The notes under the pieces: generated by a model
Told to the model about the DNA's origin: nothing
The model's input: only the letters and a program-made list of their open reading frames with translations
Database searches by the model: none
Program-made: the position numbers and the translations under genes
Assembly (NCBI GenBank): GCA_963849885.1
Contig: CAWKIV010000019.1
Location: forward strand, 7,517-71,516
Length of the DNA stretch: 64,000 nt
Source: an uncultured Actinomycetota bacterium
GTDB taxonomy: Bacteria; Actinomycetota; Actinomycetes; Mycobacteriales; CADCTP01
Reading direction: 5' to 3'
Part shown: positions 24,685 to 33,814 of the stretch, piece by piece
Layout of the letters: the number at the start of each line of letters is the position of its first letter
How positions within the stretch are numbered: the stretch's first letter is position 1

Positions 24685-25212
24685 GTGCTGGACTGGCCGG
24701 TCGCCGAGCTGATCGAGACCGACCGGCTGACGCTGGAGCCGCTGCGGCCGGCGCACGCGGCCGAGATGGCGCCGGCGCTCGACGACGTCGCGCTGCACCG
24801 CTACATCGGCGGCCGGCCGGCGTCGGTGGACGCGCTCTGGCAGCGCTACCTGACGCAGTCGGTCGGGGTGTCCCCGGACGGCACCGAGGGCTGGCTCAAC
24901 TGGGTCGTCCGGCACCGCGCTTCGCAGACCCCGGTGGGCACCGTGCAGGCCACGGTGAGCCAGGACGGCGACGGGCTGCGGGCCGAGCTGGCCTGGGTGA
25001 TCGCCACCGTGCACCAGCGCCGCGGGTACGCCGCCGAGGCCGCGGCCGGGATGACCGGCTGGTTGCGCGGCCAGGGCGTCGACCACTTCGTCGCGCACGT
25101 GCACCCGGCGCACCAGGCTTCCCAGCGGGTGGCCGAGCGGCTCGGCCTGGCCGCCACCGGGGTGGAGACCGAGGGCGAGATCCGCTGGTCCGGCGGTCCG
25201 CCGACCGGCTGA
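24685..25212 (+). CDS. GNAT family N-acetyltransferase (RimJ/RimL-like)
   Basis: 175-aa ORF with a GTG start. RLTLEPLRPAHAAEM... and HQRRGYAAEAAAGM resemble the acetyl-CoA binding motif. Confidence 0.8.
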   Translation: MLDWPVAELIETDRLTLEPLRPAHAAEMAPALDDVALHRYIGGRPASVDALWQRYLTQSVGVSPDGTEGWLNWVVRHRASQTPVGTVQATVSQDGDGLRAELAWVIATVHQRRGYAAEAAAGMTGWLRGQGVDHFVAHVHPAHQASQRVAERLGLAATGVETEGEIRWSGGPPTG

Positions 25213-25331
25213 AACCCGGGCGGGTCGGCCGTCGCCCGGCGGCAACAGCGTCGGTCGCCTGATGACGCAACGCCCTCGGTTACGTACGCTCCGGGAGCCG
25301 GGTCGGGTCCCGACAAATGGAGGTCCAGCAC

Positions 25332-26183
25332 ATGAGAAGTCCTCGCGCTGTCTTCACCGCGATGGTCCTGGCGATCCTGGGACTGCTCGCGGTGGTGGCG
25401 CCCTCGGCGTCGGCCATCACCGGCGGCGAGCCGGACGGCAACCGGCACCCGAACGTCGGCCTGATCCTCTTCTACACCGAGGACGGCCGGTTCCGCTGCT
25501 CGGCGACGCTGATCTCGCCGACGGTCCTGCTCACCGCGGCGCACTGCACCGAGGGAGTCCTGGGCAGCACGCTCGTCACCTTCGACTCGGTCATCGCCGA
25601 GGAGCCGCCGAGCGGCTTCCCGGTCGCGGCCGACCCGACCGAGGGCTACACCGACGAGGAGATCGAGGCGGCCGGTTACCTGTCCGGCACGGCGTACACG
25701 CACCCCGAGTACTCCGGCTTCACCGACCTCGCCAACTGGAACGACGTCGGCGTGATCGTCCTCGACGAGCCGGTCACCGACATCGAGCCGGCGGTCGCTG
25801 GCGCCGGTGGGCTACCTCGACCAGTTACTCGCAGCCGGCGCTGCAGGGCACGATCTTCGAGGTCGTCGGCTACGGCACCGAGGTGCGCAAGCCGGAGGCC
25901 GGCCCGCAGAAGCCGCAGCCGATGACGTACCCGCTGATCCGGCGCTACACGACCCTGCCGGGCCAGAAGCTGACGCCGCAGATCCTGCAGCTCAACGGCA
26001 ACCCGAACGACGTCCGCGGCGGCGGCGGCGACCTGCTTCGGCGACTCCGGCGGCCCGGTCTTCCTCAACGGCTACCTGGTCGCGGTGACCAGCTACGTCT
26101 ACACCGACAACTGCCGCTACCTCAGCGGCTACCAGCGGGTGGACATCGAGGTCGCGCAGGACTGGATCAACGAGTTCGTCTGA
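25332..26183 (+). pseudogene. secreted trypsin-like (S1) serine protease with three +1 frame shifts
   Basis: GGAGG plus ATG 25332 and signal peptide ...APSASA-ITGGEP. His (LTAAHC) and Asp (NDVGVIVL) are in frame 0. LAPVGYLDQ is in frame +1. YSQPALQGTIFEVVGYG...NDVRGGGG is in frame +2. TCFGDSGGPVFLNGYLVAVTSY...WINEFV* is back in frame 0. Shifts are near 25795-25800, 25822-25840 and 26018-26031. Confidence 0.7.
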
Positions 26184-26195
26184 CCTGACCCACGG

Positions 26196-26225
26196 ACCGG
26201 CACGACCCTCCGGGGTCGTGCCGGT
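26196..26225 (+). terminator. GC hairpin after the protease pseudogene
   Basis: ACCGGCACGACCC-tccg-GGGTCGTGCCGGT: a perfect 13-bp stem, followed by TTCCGTGTCTTCC. Confidence 0.55.
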
Positions 26226-26409
26226 TCCGTGTCTTCCGGCCCCTGCCGGGCCGGCGGCCGGGCATGGCACAGTCGCAGCACAGGGCCGCCGCGGCAACGG
26301 CGCCGCGCGGCCGGGAGAGGGGACGCGATGAGCGCCGAGGCCGAGCTGCGACCCGTTCCACCGGCCGCCGTCGGGACGCCCACCGACGCTGCCGACCAGC
26401 TCGGGGCCG

Positions 26410-28719
26410 GTGGACCACGCCGTGCTGGACGAGATCCAGCGCCGGGTGCTGTGGCTGGCCACCCGGATCGTCGACACCGCCAACCGGGAGCGGGACACCG
26501 GCGACGGGGTCAAGGTCGGCGGCCACCAGGCGTCCTCGGCCAGCCTGGTCACGATCATGACCGCGCTGTGGTTCGCGTACCTGGACCCGGAGGACCGGGT
26601 CTCGGTCAAGCCGCACGCGTCGCCGGTCTTCCACGCGATCCAGTACCTGCTCGGCCGGCTGGACCGGAAGTACCTGACCACGCTGCGGCAGCGCGGCGGC
26701 CTGCAGTCGTACCCGAGCCGCACCAAGGACCCGGACCCGGTCGACTTCTCCACCGGCTCGGTCGGGCTGGGCGCGGCCGCGCCGCTGTTCGCCGCCGCGG
26801 TCCGCCGGTACGTCGACGCGCACTTCGGGCCGCGCCCGCGCAGCCGCTGGATCGCGCTGATCGGGGACGCCGAGCTGGACGAGGGCAACGTCTGGGAGGC
26901 GGTCGCCGACCCGGCCACCCGCGGGCTCGGCGACGTCACCTGGATCGTCGACTTCAACCGGCAGTCGCTGGACCGGGTGGTGCCCGGGGTGCGGATCGAC
27001 GAGTGGCGCCGGTCCTTCGAGGCGTACGGGTGGCACGTGCAGGAGGTCAAGTACGGCGGCCGGCTGCGCGAGTTCTTCACCCGGCCCGGCGGGGACGCGC
27101 TGCGCCGCTGGATCGACCGGATGCCCAACGAGCACTACCAGTCGCTGTTCGGGCTGCCCGCGGCGGAGGTCCGGGACCGCTTCCTGGACGGCGCGCCGAC
27201 CGAGGTCCGGTCGCTGCTCGCGGACGTGCCCACCGGCGAGCTGGCCGCGCTGGTCACCGACCTGGGCGGGCACGACCTGGACTCGGTGTTGCGGGCGCTG
27301 GCCGCCTGCGACGAGGTGGCCGACCGGCCCAGCGTGATCTTCGCGTACACGGTGAAGGGCTGGGGGCTGCCCATCGCCGGCAACCCGCGCAACCACTCCG
27401 CGCTGCTGTCCGGCGCGCAGGTCGGCGAGCTGCGCCGGTCGTACGGGCTGGACGAGGCGACCGAGTGGGACCGGATGGACCCGGCGTCGGCGGCCGGGAG
27501 GTGGGTCGAGCGGCGGGCCGCGCACCTGCGCCGGGAGCCGCGGAAGGCCGCGCTGGACGTCACCGTGCCGGCGGCGACCGGGGTGCGGGCCGGCAAGCCG
27601 GTGTCCACCCAGGAGGTCTTCGGCCGGGTGCTGGTCGACCTGTCCCGGTCCAAGGAGGTGGCGCCCTACCTCGTCACCACCGCGCCGGACGTGGCCACCT
27701 CGACCAACCTGGCCGGCTTCATCAACCGGATGGCCGTCTTCGCGCCGGCGCAGCGGCGGGCCTGGAGCGTCGACCCGCTGCTCAAGTGGGCCGAGGGGCC
27801 GACCGGCCAGCACCTCGAGCTGGGCATCTCGGAGATGAACCTGTTCCTGCTGCTCGGCCAGCTCGGGCTGTCCTGGGACCTGTCCGAGCAGCCGCTGCTG
27901 CCGGTCGGCACGGTCTACGACCCGTTCGTCTGCCGGGGGTTGGACGCGTTCATCTACGGCACCTACTCCGGCGCCCGCTTCCTGGTCGCCGGCACCCCGT
28001 CCGGGATCACGCTGGCCCCGGAGGGCGGCGCGCACCAGTCCACGATCACCGCCTCGCTCGGGCTGGAGCTGCCCGGGGTGACCGCGGTCGAGCCGGCGTA
28101 CGCGGTCGCGCTGGACTGGCTGATGTGCGACGCGCTCGGCCGGATGGCCCGCGGCGAGCCCGGCGCGTACTACGCCCGGCTGTCCACCCGCCCGCTGGAC
28201 CAGGCACCGTTCGAGGCGGCCCGGGCCCGGCTCGGCGACGACGAGCTGCGCCGGCAGGTCCTGGCCGGGGCGTACCGGCTGGTCGAGGCGCCCGACCTCG
28301 GCCCGGACGCGCCGGTGGTGCAGCTGGCCGCCGCCGGCGCCGTGCTGCCCGAGGCGCTCGCCGCCGCGGCCGAGCTGGCGTCCGAGGGGATCGCCGCGCA
28401 CGTCGTCGACGTGACCTCGGCCGACCGGCTGTACGCGGCCTGGCGGGGATCGCTGCGGGACGGGCTGCGGGCGGCCCGGCCGCCGCGGCGCCCGGCGGTG
28501 CTGGGCGACGCCTTCGCCGCGCGGGTGCCGGTGGTCACCGTGCACGACGCGGCCAGCCATGCGCTGGCCTGGCTGGGCTCCGCGCTCGGCGTGGCCTGCG
28601 TGCCGCTCGGCGTGGACGAGTTCGGCCAGTCCGGGTCGGTGGCCGAGCTGTACGAGCTGCACGACCTCCAGCCCGGCGCCATCGTCAACGCCGCCCTGGC
28701 CGTGCTGTCGCTGCCATGA
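26410..28719 (+). CDS. thiamine diphosphate (TPP)-dependent enzyme of the pyruvate dehydrogenase E1 (AceE, homodimeric)/transketolase-like family
   Basis: 769-aa [14 protein letters not shown], the TPP motif [13 protein letters not shown], and C-terminal pyrimidine-binding and transketolase-C-like parts. A better start signal (GGGAGAGGGGA plus ATG 26328, [12 protein letters not shown]...) lies in another frame, so the true N-terminus is unresolved. Confidence 0.85.
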   Translation: MDHAVLDEIQRRVLWLATRIVDTANRERDTGDGVKVGGHQASSASLVTIMTALWFAYLDPEDRVSVKPHASPVFHAIQYLLGRLDRKYLTTLRQRGGLQSYPSRTKDPDPVDFSTGSVGLGAAAPLFAAAVRRYVDAHFGPRPRSRWIALIGDAELDEGNVWEAVADPATRGLGDVTWIVDFNRQSLDRVVPGVRIDEWRRSFEAYGWHVQEVKYGGRLREFFTRPGGDALRRWIDRMPNEHYQSLFGLPAAEVRDRFLDGAPTEVRSLLADVPTGELAALVTDLGGHDLDSVLRALAACDEVADRPSVIFAYTVKGWGLPIAGNPRNHSALLSGAQVGELRRSYGLDEATEWDRMDPASAAGRWVERRAAHLRREPRKAALDVTVPAATGVRAGKPVSTQEVFGRVLVDLSRSKEVAPYLVTTAPDVATSTNLAGFINRMAVFAPAQRRAWSVDPLLKWAEGPTGQHLELGISEMNLFLLLGQLGLSWDLSEQPLLPVGTVYDPFVCRGLDAFIYGTYSGARFLVAGTPSGITLAPEGGAHQSTITASLGLELPGVTAVEPAYAVALDWLMCDALGRMARGEPGAYYARLSTRPLDQAPFEAARARLGDDELRRQVLAGAYRLVEAPDLGPDAPVVQLAAAGAVLPEALAAAAELASEGIAAHVVDVTSADRLYAAWRGSLRDGLRAARPPRRPAVLGDAFAARVPVVTVHDAASHALAWLGSALGVACVPLGVDEFGQSGSVAELYELHDLQPGAIVNAALAVLSLP

Positions 28720-29048
28720 CGGTCGGCCGGTCCATCCTGCTCTTCGTGCTGGCGGCGCTGGCCGAGATCGGCGGCGCCTGGCTGGTCTGGCAGGGCGTGC
28801 GGGAGCACCGCGGCTGGGTCTGGATCGGGGCCGGCGTGCTCGCCCTCGGCGCGTACGGCTTCGTCGCCACCCTGCAGCCGGACGCGAACTTCGGCCGCAT
28901 CCTGGCCGCCTACGGCGGGGTCTTCGTGGCCGGCTCGCTGGCCTGGGGGATGGTCGTGGACGGCTTCCGGCCGGACCGCTGGGACGTCGCCGGCGCGCTG
29001 GTCTGCCTGGTCGGCGTCGCCCTGATCATGTACGCCCCCCGCACCTGA
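28716..29048 (+). CDS. YnfA (UPF0060) family small membrane protein
   Basis: ATG 28716 overlaps the upstream stop (ATGA). [24 protein letters not shown]...[15 protein letters not shown] is the YnfA pattern, with 4 TM segments. Confidence 0.85.
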   Translation: MTVGRSILLFVLAALAEIGGAWLVWQGVREHRGWVWIGAGVLALGAYGFVATLQPDANFGRILAAYGGVFVAGSLAWGMVVDGFRPDRWDVAGALVCLVGVALIMYAPRT

Positions 29049-29106
29049 CCCGCTCGGGGTGCCCCGTTCGGCTGTGCCGGGCCGGGAAGACCGGTATAAC
29101 GCTGAC

Positions 29107-30207
29107 ATGAGCGCTCTGCGACGCCGGGCCGCGCTGGCCACCCTCCTGCTGGCCGCGGCCGGCAGCCTCGTCGGCCCGGCGGCCGCGGACCCGCCGCCAC
29201 CCGGCGTGCGCGTCGCCGGCACCGGCTGGCAGCTGGACGGGCAGCCGTTCGTCCCGCAGGGCTTCAGCATGATCGGGCTGCTCCGCCCGGACGGCTGCAC
29301 GTCGACCGAGGGGTCCGGCAAGCGCGCCCGGACCGCCTTCGGGGCGGCCGAGCTGGTCGCCGCCCGCGACCAGTGGCACGCGAACACCGTGCGCTTCCAG
29401 CTCAGCAACCGCGGGCTGGATCCGCAGGACCCGATCTTCCAGGCGGCGTACGTGCAGCGCGTCCTGGACGGGGTCGCCCTGGCCCGCGGCCTGGGCCTCG
29501 TCGTGGTGCTGTCCATGCAGGACCAGGCGATCGGCTGCGGGTCGGCCCACCCGATGCCGTTCCCAGCGACGGAGCGGGCCTGGGCGACGATCGCGCCGCA
29601 CGTCGCCACCGACCCGTACGTGGTCCTCGAGCTCTACAACGAGCCGCGTAACCCGTCCACGGCGGCCGGCTGGACGCAGTGGCTCGATGGCGGTCCGACC
29701 CCGACCGACAACCTCGGCGAGCCCGTGGTCGGGCACCAGGCGCTGGTCGACCAGCTGCGCGCGCTGGGCTCGACCAACGTCCTGATCGCCGACGGCGCCA
29801 ACGCGGCCGGCCAGCTGCAGGGCATCCCGATGCTGGCCGACCCGCTCGGCCAGGTCGCGTACGCGGTCCACCCGTACTACTTCAAGGTCTCGAACGTCTC
29901 GACGCTGGCGACCGACACCGCGAACTGGGACCTCCGCTTCGGCTACCTGACCGCGACCGCGCCGGTGATCGCGACCGAGTGGAACGCCGGCGCGGCGTCC
30001 TGCACCACCGGCGCGGCCGCCCGCGTGCCGGACCTCCTGGCCTACCTGGAGACGAAGGGCATCCCGCTGCTCGCCCAGGCCTTCGACCTGCCGACCACGA
30101 TGGTCACCGACCTGACCACGTGGACGCCGACGTCGATGGCTGGCTACGGCTGCGGCGTGGTCGGACCCAACGCCGGCGAGCTCGTCCAGGCGCACTTCGC
30201 GCCGTAG
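29107..30207 (+). CDS. secreted glycoside hydrolase family 5 (cellulase/mannanase-like)
   Basis: ATG 29107 lies within ORF 29059..30207. A signal peptide is present. VVLELYNEP supplies the acid/base Glu and VIATEWN the nucleophile Glu. Confidence 0.85.
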   Translation: MSALRRRAALATLLLAAAGSLVGPAAADPPPPGVRVAGTGWQLDGQPFVPQGFSMIGLLRPDGCTSTEGSGKRARTAFGAAELVAARDQWHANTVRFQLSNRGLDPQDPIFQAAYVQRVLDGVALARGLGLVVVLSMQDQAIGCGSAHPMPFPATERAWATIAPHVATDPYVVLELYNEPRNPSTAAGWTQWLDGGPTPTDNLGEPVVGHQALVDQLRALGSTNVLIADGANAAGQLQGIPMLADPLGQVAYAVHPYYFKVSNVSTLATDTANWDLRFGYLTATAPVIATEWNAGAASCTTGAAARVPDLLAYLETKGIPLLAQAFDLPTTMVTDLTTWTPTSMAGYGCGVVGPNAGELVQAHFAP

Positions 30208-30221
30208 CCGCCGCGTCAGGC

Positions 30222-30251
30222 GGCGCCGGCACCGGTCACGGTGCCGGCGCC
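30222..30251 (+). terminator. GC hairpin after the GH5 gene
   Basis: GGCGCCGGCACCG-gtca-CGGTGCCGGCGCC: a perfect 13-bp stem 15 nt after the stop. Confidence 0.55.
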
Positions 30252-30275
30252 GCTCCGCGTGGCTAGCGTGGGGGC

Positions 30276-31091
30276 GTGTCCACCGTCATCGGAGCGCCCA
30301 CCCGGACCGAGCTGCGCGACCACCTGGTCGCGACGCGGATCGCCGGGGACGTCGCCACCCCGCGCGACAACAACCTGGCCAACTTCGCCCGGCTGAGCCG
30401 GCGGGAGCCGCTGTCCCTCTTCGGGCTGCGCCCGGCCGGGCGGTGGTCGTACGAGGACGTGCTCGCGCTGATGGCCGAGCGGTGCGGGGTGGTGGCCGAC
30501 CCGGCGTACACCGAGGGCCCGGACACCATCGACCCCGACCGCACGCTGGACCGGCTGGACGCGATGGCCGACCGGATCGCGGCCGCGGCCCGGCGGCGGG
30601 AGCGGGTGGTGGTCGCCACCGGCCACCCGATCGGCCTGCGGCCCACCCACACCGCGGTCGCCCGGGCGCTCGCCGCCGCCGGCTGCCCGCTGCTCACCCC
30701 GGCCGCCGGCTGGGCCCACCCGGACGTGCCGGAGCTGGGCGAGCAGTCCGGCACGCTGCACTGGGTCGACGCGGTCGGCGTGCTGCGCTCCCCGTACGGG
30801 TCGCTCAAGCACACCCACTCGCCGCTGCTGATGGAGGCGGTGCTGGCCGCTCTGGACCAGCCGCCGGACCTGGTGGTCGCCGACCACGGCTGGGCCGGCG
30901 CGGCCGGGCAGGCCGGCATCGACGCGGTCGGCTTCGCCGACTGCAACGACCCGGCGCTGTTCGTCGGCGAGGCCGAGGGCCGGGTGCTGTCCTGCGTGCC
31001 GCTGGACGACAACGTCGACCCGCGCCACTACCTCCCGCTGACCGCCTACCTGCTGGGCCGCGCCGGGCTGGCGCCGCCGCCCGCCGAGTGA
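30276..31091 (+). CDS. conserved actinobacterial protein of the family usually annotated 'phosphatase' (function unproven)
   Basis: 271-aa ORF with a GTG start. MSTVIGAP.R.ELRDHLVA.R.AGDVATPR.NNL, HTHSP and VVADHGWAG..GQ.G.D.VG.ADCNDPALF resemble that family as I recall it. Confidence 0.6.
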   Translation: MSTVIGAPTRTELRDHLVATRIAGDVATPRDNNLANFARLSRREPLSLFGLRPAGRWSYEDVLALMAERCGVVADPAYTEGPDTIDPDRTLDRLDAMADRIAAAARRRERVVVATGHPIGLRPTHTAVARALAAAGCPLLTPAAGWAHPDVPELGEQSGTLHWVDAVGVLRSPYGSLKHTHSPLLMEAVLAALDQPPDLVVADHGWAGAAGQAGIDAVGFADCNDPALFVGEAEGRVLSCVPLDDNVDPRHYLPLTAYLLGRAGLAPPPAE

Positions 31092-31197
31092 CGCCGCGCG
31101 CCCGCGAGTGACGCCGCGCGCCCGCGAGTGACGCCGCCAGTGCCGTCACTCGGGGGGCGATGCCGTCACTCGGGGGGCGATGCCGTCACTCGGGGGT
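31085..31197. repeat. mirror array: 2.6 copies of a 20-bp unit followed by 2.9 copies of its approximate reverse complement
   Basis: CGAGTGACGCCGCGCGCCCG at 31085, 31105 and (partial) 31125. TGCCGTCACTCGGGGGGCGA at 31141, 31161 and (partial) 31181. GAGTGACG pairs with CGTCACTC. The array spans the whole gap between convergent stops 31091 (+) and 31197 (-), and its first unit includes the + gene stop codon. Confidence 0.85.
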
Positions 31198-32123
31198 CAG
31201 CGGCCCGCGAGTGCCGCCACGATCGGCGCGGTCGCCTCGACGTCGTCGAGCATCACCGAGCTGATGCCGAAGCGCTCGCGCAGGCCGAGGATCTTCTCGG
31301 TCAGCCCGGCGACCGAGCCGACGACGATGTGCGGCGAGTCGAGCACGTCCTCGACGGTCAGCTCGACGCCCTGGGCCCGGAACCGGTCCACCCGCTCCTG
31401 CGCCGCGCCGCGGGCGTCGTCGGTGACCACCACCGGCCCGCCGGAGGGGTAGACGTTGAGCTCCAGGTCGCCGAAGCGGTCGCCGGCGGCGGCCCGGATC
31501 CAGCCGAGCTTCTCCTCGGTCGCGGCGACGGTGAACGAGCGCGGGTCGTTCGGCCGGGGCGCCAGCCCGACGATGTCCGCCTCCCGGGCGGCCAGGGTGA
31601 GCGTGCGCCGCCCGCCGCCGCCGATCATCAGCGGCGGGTGCGGCCGCTGCGCCGGCTTGGGCTGCCCGTCGTGGTCGGTGATCGTGTAGTGCTCGCCGGC
31701 CAGCGAGAACGGCCCGTCGGCGAAGCAGCCCTTGAGCACCGCGACCGCCTCGGCCAGCCGGGACACCCGGACCGGCACGGGGTCGAACGGGATGCCGATG
31801 GCCGCGTACTCCGGCTGGTTCCAGCCGGCCCCGATGCCGATCTCCAGCCGGCCGCCGGACAGCACGTCCAGGCTGGCCAGGTCCTGGGCCAGCACCGCCG
31901 GGTGGCGCAGGTCGACGTTGAGCACGAAGGTGCCGACCCGCAGCCGCTCGGTCGCCGCGGCCACGGTGGCCAGCAGCGGCACCGGCGAGTGCTGCTCGAG
32001 CAGGTGGTCGGGCAGCACCAGCGCGCTGAAGCCGGCCGCCTCGGCCCGCCGGGCGTGCTCGGTCAGCTCGCGGGCGGTGACGGGCCCGTACGGGGCGGCG
32101 GCGAGGAAGCGGAAGGGACGCAC
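31197..32123 (-). CDS. LLM-class F420-dependent oxidoreductase
   Basis: GTG 32123 lies within ORF 31197..32369. VRPFRFLAAAP...LPDHLL...LDVLSGGRLEIGIGAGW matches the luciferase-like monooxygenase family (F420 subgroup pattern). Confidence 0.85.
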   Translation of the reverse strand: MRPFRFLAAAPYGPVTARELTEHARRAEAAGFSALVLPDHLLEQHSPVPLLATVAAATERLRVGTFVLNVDLRHPAVLAQDLASLDVLSGGRLEIGIGAGWNQPEYAAIGIPFDPVPVRVSRLAEAVAVLKGCFADGPFSLAGEHYTITDHDGQPKPAQRPHPPLMIGGGGRRTLTLAAREADIVGLAPRPNDPRSFTVAATEEKLGWIRAAAGDRFGDLELNVYPSGGPVVVTDDARGAAQERVDRFRAQGVELTVEDVLDSPHIVVGSVAGLTEKILGLRERFGISSVMLDDVEATAPIVAALAGR

Positions 32124-32151
32124 CCGGGCATCCTGCCCCACCGCGGGCGCC

Positions 32152-33678
32152 TCAGCCGGCCGTCCCGGCGAAGTAGGTCTGCGCCTTCGCCCAGGCGGTC
32201 CGCCCGACGTTCGTCCCGAGCGTGCGGCCGTGCAGGTCGGCGTCCGGGAAGTGGATCCCGCCGAACCGGCGGGACCGCCCGGCCTCGTCCACCGCCGCGG
32301 AGAAGGTCGCCCAGAGCAGCGGCGTCGGCAGCACCGGGGTGAGGCCCGGCTCCACGAAGGACGATCCACGCGGGACGGTCACCCGGGCCCCGAACAGGTC
32401 GCTGCCGGTGAAGCTGCGCAGCACCTGGGCCCCGGCCGAGCTGAAGGTCGAGTGCCCGGAGACGTACTCGGCGAACGGCGGGGTCGGGAAGGTCACCGCC
32501 TGGTACGGCATCCACGTCTCGCCGCGGATGAGCCGGGTGCCCTTGCCCGGGCCGGCCCAGGCGAGCACCAGCTTGCCCTTCATCCGGGTGCGGACCGCGG
32601 TGATCGGGCGGACGTAGTCCCAGCGCAGCTTGGCGTTCCAGGCCGCGATGCTCGCGTCCAGCTCGGCGTTGGCGACCGCGAAGGTCAGCTTGACGCTCTG
32701 GTCCAGCGAGTAGCCGCGGGCCCGGGACACCGCCCCGGCGAAGAGCAGCCAGTGCCCGGGCGGGGTCTCGCTGTGCGGCCCGTCCGCCCAGTACTCCGCG
32801 CGGGTCTTGGTCAGGTCGGTCAGCGTCGCGCTCTGCAGCAGCGTGTCGGTGATCTCCTGGTCGAGCAGCAGCAGGGTGGTCTTCGTCGGGCCCGGGGGCA
32901 GGAACTGGTCCTTGTGCGCCAGCGCGAACGGGGTCACGGTGCCCCAGTGCGGGGTCAGGTACTTCTGCACGGACGACCCGCCGGCGCCGTCCGGCACCCG
33001 CAGCGGCTGCCAGCGCATCGGGTCGACCACCTGGTCCGGGGTGTTGACCGGGACGTAGCCGATGGTGTCGGCGTAGCCGCCGGCCTGGTTGGACCCGTCG
33101 GTGGCCCGGTAGGCGAGCACCGCGGCGGCGGCCTGGTTGCCCACCCCGGCCGGGGTCGCCGGGTCGGTGGACGCGTCGTCCGGGTCGTAGCCCATCCCGG
33201 TCATCAGCGCCCGGAAGTCGGCCGCCCGGGCCGGGAAGAGGTTCAGCAGGGCCCGGTAGGCGGCCGTGCTGACGGCCAGGCTCTTGTACGCCTCGGTGCG
33301 CTCGGCCGCGGGCCGGCGCAGCGTGCCGCCGAGCCGGGTGCCGACCGCGGTGGCGTCGTACGCGGCCCAGGCGTCGTACATCGCGGTGTGCATGATGGCC
33401 AGCGCCCGGGCGTTGACCGTGGGGCCGGTCTTCAGCGCCCGGATCGCGGCCAGCGCCTGCTCGCTCCAGCGCAGCGCGGCGTCGTCGTCGGCGCGCGGCC
33501 CCCAGGCGTCCAGCGGCCGCAGCGGCCCGGGTCCGATCGGCAGCGCCGGCAGCGGCAGCCGCACCTCCAGGGCGACCTCGACGCCGGCGGCGGATCGGCT
33601 GCGGGTGAGGTCGGCGGCGGCCACGCCACCGGCGGTGGCCAGCACGAGCAGGACGGCGAGGACACGGCGGGACAGCAC
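32152..33678 (-). CDS. secreted vanadium-dependent haloperoxidase / PAP2-superfamily protein
   Basis: GTG 33678 follows GGAAGGAA within ORF 32152..34191. A signal peptide is present. FAEYVSGHSTFS and SRRFGGIHF are PAP2/vanadium-haloperoxidase (VHPO) active-site motifs. Confidence 0.8.
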   Translation of the reverse strand: MLSRRVLAVLLVLATAGGVAAADLTRSRSAAGVEVALEVRLPLPALPIGPGPLRPLDAWGPRADDDAALRWSEQALAAIRALKTGPTVNARALAIMHTAMYDAWAAYDATAVGTRLGGTLRRPAAERTEAYKSLAVSTAAYRALLNLFPARAADFRALMTGMGYDPDDASTDPATPAGVGNQAAAAVLAYRATDGSNQAGGYADTIGYVPVNTPDQVVDPMRWQPLRVPDGAGGSSVQKYLTPHWGTVTPFALAHKDQFLPPGPTKTTLLLLDQEITDTLLQSATLTDLTKTRAEYWADGPHSETPPGHWLLFAGAVSRARGYSLDQSVKLTFAVANAELDASIAAWNAKLRWDYVRPITAVRTRMKGKLVLAWAGPGKGTRLIRGETWMPYQAVTFPTPPFAEYVSGHSTFSSAGAQVLRSFTGSDLFGARVTVPRGSSFVEPGLTPVLPTPLLWATFSAAVDEAGRSRRFGGIHFPDADLHGRTLGTNVGRTAWAKAQTYFAGTAG

Positions 33679-33814
33679 GGGTGGTTCCTTCCGGCGGGGT
33701 CCGGTGGCCAGCGGCGGGAAAGTAGCGGCGAGCGGCGGCGGCCCGCATCCGTACCGGGGTGCTGAGCTAAGCCGGGCCGCGTCCGGAGGGACGCCGGGCC
33801 GTAGGCTCGGGTCC

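Noticed and set aside
26229-29048. 939-aa plus-strand ORF
   Set aside because: It is an out-of-frame shadow of the E1-like gene, except for its first ~27 coding-looking codons after ATG 26328 and its last 110 codons, which form the YnfA gene (28716-29048).
31085-31197. CRISPR array hypothesis for this and the other tandem arrays (16513-16660, 21475-22068, 47313-47384)
   Set aside because: The repeats are contiguous, with no unique spacers between them. Unit sizes (11-20 bp, or 100+ bp in-frame) are wrong for CRISPR, and there are no cas genes in the window.
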